Part shown: positions 25,468-32,000 of the stretch, in pieces
How the letters are laid out: the number at the start of each line of letters is the position of its first letter
Numbering within the stretch: the first letter of the stretch is position 1
Origin: Candidatus Methylomirabilis oxygeniifera
GTDB lineage: Bacteria; Methylomirabilota; Methylomirabilia; Methylomirabilales; Methylomirabilaceae
Length of the DNA: 32,000 nt
NCBI GenBank assembly: GCA_000091165.1
Contig: FP565575.1
Span: forward strand, 1,410,001 to 1,442,000
Reading direction: 5' to 3'
Translations under genes and position numbers: made by a program
Notes under the pieces: generated by a model
What the model saw: the letters and a program-made list of their open reading frames with translations, nothing else
Databases searched by the model: none
Told to the model about the DNA's origin: nothing

Positions 25468-26382
25468 TTACATACATGAATGGCCGCCCGGCTTCAGCTC
25501 CTCCAGCAATGCCATCATGGAGTTGTGGACGTCGGCGCCGATCTTTTCGTTCTCGAAGCGCTCAAACGCCTCTCCCAGGCGCGCCTGGTCATCCGGACTC
25601 AACATATTGTCCGCCATCGCATACAGGATCATATTCTCTTTATCGATGTGGGGTCGCAGCATCTGAATATAGGCACGCCCGTTTCGGACGATCTTCTGCG
25701 TCGCAGTCGGATCGGTTCCGATGACCGCAGCGGCATCGGCCATCTCACGGACGTATGCGCGCCCGGCCTCATGGTCCGACAGCATGACCGCGATCGGTCC
25801 GCCCTGCAATGGAAAGCCGCGGTTCACCATCGTCTTGAACAGCAGGTCCTCCTCCTTGCCGTGATGACACTGATCGGCGAAGGTCCGGATGAACTTGACC
25901 GCCTTCTCGAAATAGGTCCGGTCCGGAGCAGCCCCGGCCTCAAGCGCGATCAGCTTTCGCTCCAGCCCGTCCAACGCCTGAAGGATCAGGGTATGTTCGT
26001 CCTTGAGGATTTGGGTCGGCGAACCGGTGTGGGCATGCTCGTGTCCGTGGTGTTCGTGATGTTCATGGTGCGCATGGTGCGCGTCGTGCATGTGGTGCCC
26101 GCCGCAGCCCATCCCCTCAGCCGGCGCATGCTGGCCTGCGGCAGCGGCAACCCGGCGGATCGCCACCTGCCACACCTCGGGACCGGCCTCCAGATAGCGC
26201 CATTCGAACTCCCCCGCCCGTTCCGCAGCGAATGTGTAGTAGAGCGGCTTGGGGTCATGATCGTTGACCAGGAGCATCGTGTCCCCGACCGCCAACTCGT
26301 CAAACGCTCGGAAGATAGTCGGGTGCTTCTGCGGAACCGGCAGGACACGGGCATCCACGGTTGCTGCGTAATTCGCTGGCAT
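25468..26382 (-). CDS. DUF2249 domain - His-rich linker - hemerythrin domain protein
   Basis: N-terminal DUF2249-like half (TVDARVLPVPQKHPTIFRAFDELAVGDTMLLVNDHDPKPLYYTF), linker GCGGHHMHDAHHAHHEHHEHHGHEHAH, then hemerythrin motifs LKDEH, CHHGKEEDLLF, DHEAGR, HIDKENMILY. Confidence 0.88.
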   Translation of the reverse strand: MPANYAATVDARVLPVPQKHPTIFRAFDELAVGDTMLLVNDHDPKPLYYTFAAERAGEFEWRYLEAGPEVWQVAIRRVAAAAGQHAPAEGMGCGGHHMHDAHHAHHEHHEHHGHEHAHTGSPTQILKDEHTLILQALDGLERKLIALEAGAAPDRTYFEKAVKFIRTFADQCHHGKEEDLLFKTMVNRGFPLQGGPIAVMLSDHEAGRAYVREMADAAAVIGTDPTATQKIVRNGRAYIQMLRPHIDKENMILYAMADNMLSPDDQARLGEAFERFENEKIGADVHNSMMALLEELKPGGHSCM

Positions 26383-26421
26383 AGAAACTTCCTCCTTCGA
26401 CAGATACAGGGTTGTTGGTTG

Positions 26422-27498
26422 TTAGCGGATGATCATCTGAGGCATCGCCTCGGCGGCCGCCTCGGTCGCCAAGCGCACCTTGTCCGCGACATCGCGGAAG
26501 ATCTGCGCCTCAGCGGACTCCGGCATCGCCACGACAACAGGAGCGCCGGTATCCCCGCCCTCGCGGATAGTCGGGTTCAGGGGGATCTCCCCCAGGAAAG
26601 GAACTCCAAGCGAGTCACTCACCTGTCGTCCACCGCCCCGGCTGAAGATGTCGGTTTCTCCCTGACAGTGGGGACAGATAAAATAGCTCATGTTTTCCAC
26701 GATCCCCAGGATCGGGACGCGCGCCTCACGAAACATCCGCAGGCCTCGCTCTGCGTCCATCAAGGCCACAGCGGAAGGGGTCGTCACGATCACCCCGCCG
26801 GTCAACGGCACCGCCTGAACGAGAGTCAACTGCGTATCCCCCGTCCCCGGTGGAAGATCGACGATCAGGTAGTCCAGTTCGCCCCAGTGCACCTCATGCA
26901 GGAGTTGCTTCAGGGCCTGGGCTACCAGGGGACCGCGCCAGATGATCGGCGACTGCTCACCCAGCAGATATCCCACCGATATCACCCTCAGGCCGTGCCG
27001 CACCAGCGGGACAATCTTGCCTTCATGCGCCTTGGGACGGCCAAGCTCGCCCAGCATCCGGGGCACATTCGGCCCGTAAATGTCGGCGTCCAGAAGACCG
27101 ACCGCAGCCCCGGACTGCGCCAGGGCCAGGGCCAGATTAACGGATACAGTACTCTTGCCCACACCGCCTTTACCGGACGCAACGGCGACGATGCGCCGCA
27201 CCCCTGGAAGCGGAGCGGGTCCGGGAGCGGACTCCTGAGGCGCGGGGCGCGGGGCGTTCTGAATCCGAATCTCACCGATCCCCGGTACGCGACTCAGCGC
27301 CTCACGGACCGACGCCTCTACCTTGGCGACTACCTCCGCGTCCTCCGTCGGAACCTGGAGATCAAGATGGACGGTGGCGCCCTCTACCCGCGCATTCTTT
27401 ATCATGCCAAACGAGACGAGATCGCGGCTCATTCCAGGGTACTTGACCTGGCGAAGCGCCGAGATCACCATATCTTCCGTTAACTGTGGCGTTACCAT
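26422..27498 (-). CDS. mrp: Mrp/NBP35-family Fe-S carrier P-loop ATPase with N-terminal DUF59 domain
   Basis: GKGGVGKSTVSVNLALALAQSG, DIYGPNVPRMLG, DYLIVDLPPGTGD, NMSYFICPHC; N-terminal MIP18/DUF59-like region. Confidence 0.94.
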   Translation of the reverse strand: MVTPQLTEDMVISALRQVKYPGMSRDLVSFGMIKNARVEGATVHLDLQVPTEDAEVVAKVEASVREALSRVPGIGEIRIQNAPRPAPQESAPGPAPLPGVRRIVAVASGKGGVGKSTVSVNLALALAQSGAAVGLLDADIYGPNVPRMLGELGRPKAHEGKIVPLVRHGLRVISVGYLLGEQSPIIWRGPLVAQALKQLLHEVHWGELDYLIVDLPPGTGDTQLTLVQAVPLTGGVIVTTPSAVALMDAERGLRMFREARVPILGIVENMSYFICPHCQGETDIFSRGGGRQVSDSLGVPFLGEIPLNPTIREGGDTGAPVVVAMPESAEAQIFRDVADKVRLATEAAAEAMPQMIIR

Positions 27499-27836
27499 GC
27501 GGGTCCCCCCCGTCCCATGCCGGACAGGGCTTGCTTGCCCTCAGGCGAGATCATGTCCGGATTCCACGCAGGTTCCCATACGATCTCGACGGTGACGCCG
27601 GTGACGCCGTGTATCTCTCGAACGGCGCGATCAACCGCCTGGACGAAGCTGGCGTGCATAGGGCAGCCGCGCGTGGTGAGGGTCATGCGGATACCGATCT
27701 GTCCGCCTTCGATCTGCACGTCGTAGACGAGGCCCAGATCGACGATATTCACCCCCAACTCCGGATCAATGAGCTTCCGGAGCGTGTTATAGATCTGCTC
27801 TTCAGTTATTGACGATGTTTCCGGTTCCGCCATCAT
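27492..27836 (-). CDS. Metal-sulfur cluster biosynthesis (DUF59/MIP18) protein
   Basis: EEQIYNTLRKLIDPELGVNIVDLGLVYDVQIEGGQIGIRMTLTTRGCPMH...VTVEIVWEPAWNPDMIS; overlaps the mrp start by 7 bp. Confidence 0.9.
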   Translation of the reverse strand: MMAEPETSSITEEQIYNTLRKLIDPELGVNIVDLGLVYDVQIEGGQIGIRMTLTTRGCPMHASFVQAVDRAVREIHGVTGVTVEIVWEPAWNPDMISPEGKQALSGMGRGGPAW

Positions 27837-27899
27837 GCCTCCTAATTCAAAAATGTCTATCGAGTCTGTTGCGTCTATTGCGTCCGGAACCCGCGGGCC

Positions 27900-29228
27900 T
27901 TAGGCTCCTGCAGTCTGCGCCTCGGGAAGAGGCGTCAGCCGGGGAACCAGGTGACGGTAGATCCGGCAGACGGCGACGGCGAACGTAAGACCCGCCAGGG
28001 CCAACACGAGGGTCCCCACCTGGAGGAGCAGCCCGGACGCGAAGATTACTCCGGCCACGGTCATCGCAATGCCCGCATGGAGCAGCCAGTACTCTATTCG
28101 AGGCATTGACTCGCCAAGGAGCTGGGTGGCGGCCGGAACCGGCCGAAGCCCTACGAGGTCGCTGTAACGGTGGTGCCAGACCAGGAATGGGATAATCTTG
28201 TACATCATACCGATAATCGTGACGGAAATCCAGCCCAGAAGCGCCAGGACCCCATAGCCGAAGGCCAGCCGGGCGGCAAACTCATCGCTCGAGACCCAAC
28301 CGGTGCTCAGCCATAGCCCCAGGATCGTCAGCAATATCAGCATGACCATGGCGCTGACGGAATGCTGCAGCCCCCAGTCCAGTCGCGGGCGTCGGCGCGT
28401 CCGCAGGACATCACGCATCGTCCGGAGAAACAGGCCCACCGCTGCGGCGATCAGGAGGGCGAACAACGCAGCCCACGAACTGTGCAGCAGCAGCATCACG
28501 TACAGACCCGCGAGACCGGCCTGGAGCAGCCAGAACTCCCAGTAGGCCGGCCGCTCATTGCGAAGCTCACTCAGGCTGAACATGGGGATCAGCTTGTAGC
28601 TCGCCCCGAAGATCATCATGGTGACCCAGCCGATACCGGCCAGGTGGGCGTGCGCGTGGATCGTGCGCAGGATCTGACCTCCCAGAAAGTCGAACATCTT
28701 GTCGAGCGCCATGAGATTCCCCATGACTACCGTGGAGGCCAGGTAGACCAGCGCCGCCGCCACGTGTCGCCCGATAATGTCCCAGCGGGGGAGCTGCCAC
28801 AGCGTGCGCCCCATATTAATCAGGAAGAGTGTGATGGCAATCAGCACCAGACCTGCGCCGATCGCAACGCCATGGTGATGCCCGATCCAGAAATGGCTCA
28901 CCATCAGCGTGACGCCGAGCACCATGATCCAGTACTGCCAGCCGGCCAGACGCTCGCTCCACAGCGTGGTCTCCAGGGCAACCGGCACCAATTGGAATGA
29001 CGCCCCCATGACCGTCATCGTGATCCACCCAAGCGTCAGCAGGTGGGTGAGAGCGAGGCCGTTTCCCTGATAGTAGAAGTCCAGCAAATTGTCGACCTGC
29101 CACGGCGCCCACAGCAGGGCGGCGACAAACGCGGCCTGCGCCGTGACAAAATAGCGCAACGGCACCCAGAGGGATGGCTGTCTGGCCGGGGCGGCGCTAC
29201 TTCCAGATGCGGGTTTCGAACCAACCAT
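27900..29228 (-). CDS. Heme-copper oxidase subunit I-like / NnrS-like multi-pass membrane protein
   Basis: About 12 hydrophobic segments with conserved His in membrane contexts: LALTHLLTLGWITMTVMGASFQLVPV, HFWIGHHHG, HAHAHLAGIGWVTMMIFGASYKLIPMFSL, IIPFLVWHHRYSD. Start could also be at 29270. Confidence 0.65.
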   Translation of the reverse strand: MVGSKPASGSSAAPARQPSLWVPLRYFVTAQAAFVAALLWAPWQVDNLLDFYYQGNGLALTHLLTLGWITMTVMGASFQLVPVALETTLWSERLAGWQYWIMVLGVTLMVSHFWIGHHHGVAIGAGLVLIAITLFLINMGRTLWQLPRWDIIGRHVAAALVYLASTVVMGNLMALDKMFDFLGGQILRTIHAHAHLAGIGWVTMMIFGASYKLIPMFSLSELRNERPAYWEFWLLQAGLAGLYVMLLLHSSWAALFALLIAAAVGLFLRTMRDVLRTRRRPRLDWGLQHSVSAMVMLILLTILGLWLSTGWVSSDEFAARLAFGYGVLALLGWISVTIIGMMYKIIPFLVWHHRYSDLVGLRPVPAATQLLGESMPRIEYWLLHAGIAMTVAGVIFASGLLLQVGTLVLALAGLTFAVAVCRIYRHLVPRLTPLPEAQTAGA

Positions 29229-29763
29229 GCGTCGTCTCTTCGGTGGAAAAGCTGAAGCCCCGCTCCTCAAGTTTCGGATAGAGCAGCATCGGCCGCCGAT
29301 CGGTCATGGCCAGGATATGTCCGCCTGCCGCGATCCGGGGAAGATTCTCCAAGATCTTCGCCATCGGCTGCGGCGGCTCCAGTCCGCGCGCGTCCACGAC
29401 AATGGCGTCCCCGACGGGCTCCGTCGGCCTCGATGCGGCGGCAGGCGCCGGAGCGGCCGCGGCCTGTGCGTCGGCCCGATAGAAGGTGATACACCAGTCT
29501 TCGGGACCGCGCTTCTGTGTCCAGTGCGTAAAGCCGCGCTGCGCCATCACGCCATACAGCGGGATCGGCTCAAAGATATTGTAGAGGACAAATACCTGAT
29601 CGTCTTTGAGCGACATAACGGACTGCATGATCCGCTGAAACGGCTCCTGTCCCGCCCGCACCTGGTCGCGAACATCCAGGACTACCCGGCGATCATCGGA
29701 CACATTCCGAAGCGCCTCAGGGATCGACGCGCCCTCGCCGTGACAACTACTCTCGTTCATCAT
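29197..29763 (-). CDS. Protein with two tandem DUF2249-like domains
   Basis: VVLDVRDQVRAGQEPFQRIMQSVMSLKDDQVFVLYNIFEPIPLYGVMAQRGF and VVDARGLEPPQPMAKILENLPRIAAGGHILAMTDRRPMLLYPKLEERGFSF. Confidence 0.8.
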   Translation of the reverse strand: MMNESSCHGEGASIPEALRNVSDDRRVVLDVRDQVRAGQEPFQRIMQSVMSLKDDQVFVLYNIFEPIPLYGVMAQRGFTHWTQKRGPEDWCITFYRADAQAAAAPAPAAASRPTEPVGDAIVVDARGLEPPQPMAKILENLPRIAAGGHILAMTDRRPMLLYPKLEERGFSFSTEETTHGWFETRIWK

Positions 29764-29879
29764 AGGGATTACCTCCTTTTTCTCAGGTTACTGACTCAGC
29801 GTCGAGTGTAGTGTAGAGCGAAAGATTGAGGACGTCTGTGACTTTAGTCTCACGGATGACAAGAAGGGCAAAGGTACGA

Positions 29880-30545
29880 TCAGAGCAGGCGGATCAGGGC
29901 AGCCCGGCTCACAATCACAACCCCATGGCGATCAAACGTGATGGCGCCTTCCTTTTCCAGGGCCTTAAAGGCGCGGCCGATCATCTCGCGGGCCGTTCCC
30001 ACAACGGACGCCATCTCCTGTTGCGTGGACTGCTGCTTCAGGCGCAGACCGCCTTGGCCGTCATCTTCGGCCATCTCCAGGAGGTACTTCGCCACACGGC
30101 TGGTCACGCTGCGAAACGACAGGTCCTCGACCTTACGGGTAAAGTAGCGGAGCTTTCCCGTAAACGCCTTGAGAAAGCCGATCGCAATGGCAGGATGCTC
30201 TTCGACCAGGCGCCGCATCGCATCTCGCCGGATACCCCACAGCGCCGCCGGCTCCGCAGCCTGAGCGTTGGCAGGGTTCGGCCCGCCGTCGAAGATCGGG
30301 ACCTCATTGAAACAATCGCCGGCCTCCGCAACCCGAAGGACCTGCTCACGCCCGTCAGGGGACAGCTTAAAGATCTTGACCTTGCCGGATCGAACCACGT
30401 ACATCGCCTCGGCCGGCTCCCCTTCTGTAAACAGGAGTTCTCCCTTCTGCAACTGCACCTCAAAGACGTTGGCCCGGATACCCTCCAACGCTCGCGCATC
30501 GAGGTCCTGGAAATACGGAATCGCCTTCAACTGCTCTGACAGCAT
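29880..30545 (-). CDS. Crp/Fnr-family transcriptional regulator
   Basis: cNMP-binding-like YFQDLDARALEGIRANVFEVQLQKGELLFTEGEPAEAMYVVRSGKVKIFK and HTH STQQEMASVVGTAREMIGRAFKALEKEGAI. Start MLSEQL at 30545 preferred over 30581. Confidence 0.93.
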   Translation of the reverse strand: MLSEQLKAIPYFQDLDARALEGIRANVFEVQLQKGELLFTEGEPAEAMYVVRSGKVKIFKLSPDGREQVLRVAEAGDCFNEVPIFDGGPNPANAQAAEPAALWGIRRDAMRRLVEEHPAIAIGFLKAFTGKLRYFTRKVEDLSFRSVTSRVAKYLLEMAEDDGQGGLRLKQQSTQQEMASVVGTAREMIGRAFKALEKEGAITFDRHGVVIVSRAALIRLL

Positions 30546-30837
30546 GGCCACCCCTGGATGACACAACGAGGGATATCCCAACCACCCGGTATCATTGTAG
30601 AAGGACGAACAGCGCAGGTCAATCGTTCTCCCGATTTGACCTGGAGAGGGTTTTCCGGTAGTTTCGATCCCAACAAAACCATAAGGGAAAAGGGTGGCGG
30701 TCTAAGGAAAAGAACCGAACCTCTCGAACTCAAAAGGTCCCTTCACCTTCAAGGCTTTGACATTGCCACCGAAAAGTAAACGCGATATCAAGCAACTCAC
30801 CCCCCATGACCATTGCCAATCGCATTCCCCGCATCGC

Positions 30838-30909
30838 TCTCCGGTCGTAGAGTTTCATCGTGTGCGGGCTTTCATGGGCCGCAATGGCCTGTGCACCTTC
30901 AATCGCTCC
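30838..30909 (-). pseudogene. Remnant of the C-terminus of a tyrosine recombinase/phage-type integrase
   Basis: GAIEGAQAIAAHESPHTMKLYDRR resembles the catalytic C-terminal signature IxxAQxIAAHESPRTTKLYDR(T); no intact recombinase around it. Confidence 0.7.
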
Positions 30910-31085
30910 GGCGTTTAGCAATAAGCCCATAGCTACGGCAAACACCAACGGAAAAAACATCTAGCGCAGCGCATCTAACGCTTTTTTACATGTTCCGTTC
31001 GCCGTGAGCATGTCGAAAAGCTGCGAGAACGCCTCGATCATCCCATCGCGCCGATCATTGTCATCCGTGGGCCGTTTGCTTATCC

Positions 31086-31114
31086 TTGACGTAACGCATA
31101 CTTTACGCTACGTT
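31086..31114 (+). promoter_or_regulatory. Putative promoter/operator of the second higBA pair
   Basis: TTGACG (31086-31091), 17-nt spacer, TACGTT (31109-31114), ATG at 31120; overlapping 25-bp imperfect palindrome ACGTAACGCATACTTTACGCTACGT (31089-31113). Confidence 0.45.
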
Positions 31115-31119
31115 GAGTA

Positions 31120-31404
31120 ATGATCGTCAGCTATCGGGACAAGCGCAGCAGAGACTTCGCGGCCGGCAAACGAGTCAAACCCTTCACCGGCTTCGAGCGC
31201 GCGGCGCGCCTGAAGCTCGACCGTCTCGATGTGGCCCTGTCGCTTCAAGACCTTGCCGCTCTGCCCGGTAACCATTTTGAGGCGCTGATGGGCGACCGTC
31301 GAGGCCAATATAGCATCCGCATCAACGACCAATGGCGAATATGCTTCGAATGGCCAGAACGCTCGCCGGGTCCCGTGAACGTAGAAATTGTGGACTACCA
31401 CTAG
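31120..31404 (+). CDS. higB: HigB/RelE-family toxin
   Basis: SYRDKRSRDFAAGKRVKPFTGFERAARLKLDRLDVALSLQDLAALPGNHFEALMGDRRGQYSIRINDQWRICFEW...VEIVDYH. Confidence 0.95.
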   Translation: MIVSYRDKRSRDFAAGKRVKPFTGFERAARLKLDRLDVALSLQDLAALPGNHFEALMGDRRGQYSIRINDQWRICFEWPERSPGPVNVEIVDYH

Positions 31405-31410
31405 GAGGCT

Positions 31411-31743
31411 TTGAACATGCCGCGCATCCCCATCCATCCCGGTGAGCATCTCGCCGAAGAACTGACAGCGCTCAACATGAGCGCCGCCGAGCTTGCGCGC
31501 CACCTCAGCGTCCCGACCAACCGCATCACCGAGATACTCAACAGCCAGCGCGCTATCACGGGGGACACTGCCCTGCGTCTCGCACATTTCTTTGGGACCA
31601 GCGCGCAGTTTTGGCTGAACCTTCAGGGTCTCTACGAGTTGCGTCTCGCCGAGCAGAAGGTCGGAAAACAGATCAAGGCTCTTCCGACTCTCAAGCACCG
31701 CAAGACCAGGATCGGACCGCTCCACCAACCTGCCCATCTCTGA
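31411..31743 (+). CDS. higA: HigA-family antitoxin (XRE HTH)
   Basis: IPIHPGEHLAEELTALNMSAAELARHLSVPTNRITEILNSQRAITGDTALRLAHFFGTSAQFWLNLQGLYELRLAE. Confidence 0.95.
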   Translation: MNMPRIPIHPGEHLAEELTALNMSAAELARHLSVPTNRITEILNSQRAITGDTALRLAHFFGTSAQFWLNLQGLYELRLAEQKVGKQIKALPTLKHRKTRIGPLHQPAHL

Positions 31744-32000
31744 CCCTACAGTGTCCGTACCCGTTCTAAACCCTCCTCGCATCATGCAGGCTTATTGCAT
31801 CCGGCCGCTACCCGATTTGTATATCTTGTATTTTTGAACCTAAGGTGCAAAACTGCACGGTATGAGATATCTCCAACAGCAACAGGCTGATCGTCTTCGG
31901 CTCCTCATCCGGTCATTCCCAGCCGTGCCCTTCGTCGGCTCCCAACGAGTACGGAAAGAGCGCGCTCATCGGTGAACTCGATCTGTTCTGAGGTTATTAC

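Noticed and set aside
25480-27483. 667-aa plus-strand ORF
   Set aside because: Antisense to the hemerythrin and mrp genes, which have unmistakable motifs.
29227-30539. Plus-strand ORFs of 194 and 237 aa
   Set aside because: Antisense to the DUF2249 and Crp/Fnr genes.
31108-31785. 225-aa minus-strand ORF
   Set aside because: Antisense to the second HigBA pair, which matches known families on the plus strand.
1-32000. CRISPR array, rRNA or tRNA genes
   Set aside because: No regularly spaced repeats and no tRNA-like or rRNA-like segment noticed on manual reading; tRNAscan-SE and a CRISPR finder would be needed to be certain.

Overview
The window is mostly conserved bacterial chromosome from a high-GC, respiratory organism. 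Gene content is reminiscent of NC10/Methylomirabilis-type bacteria, but that is inference. From left to right: 3'-truncated lysS (-); ctaB/ctaA heme O/A synthesis (-); a secreted redox cluster (+) with two MauG-like di-heme peroxidases bracketing a cupredoxin-like protein, a Tat metallophosphoesterase, a monoheme cytochrome c and a fused SoxY-SoxZ-like carrier; pyruvate phosphate dikinase (-); a second copy of the cupredoxin-like protein (-); an operon for an unusual Rieske/cytochrome b complex with a split b subunit and an 882-aa octaheme c-type subunit (-). The accessory segment (about 19.0-22.7 kb) contains a broken integron: 5' and 3' fragments of an IntI-type integrase separated by an IS3-family element, then one gene cassette encoding an endonuclease III-like [4Fe-4S] DNA glycosylase, ending in an attC site, then a HigBA-type toxin-antitoxin pair. 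The right part has an Amt ammonium transporter, UspA, a DUF2249/hemerythrin/Mrp/DUF59/heme-copper-like/Crp-Fnr cluster (possibly NO or Fe-S related), a tyrosine-recombinase remnant and a second HigBA pair. The strongest unexpected signal is the integron: the start of the cassette (GTTAGCCGTAC) is exactly complementary to the R'' end of its attC (GTACGGCTAAC), and the integrase remnant points toward the cassette. Also notable are the octaheme bc-type complex, the fused SoxYZ redox cluster, a three-armed intergenic structure at 12726-12852, and two HigBA pairs with identical near-leaderless promoter geometry.
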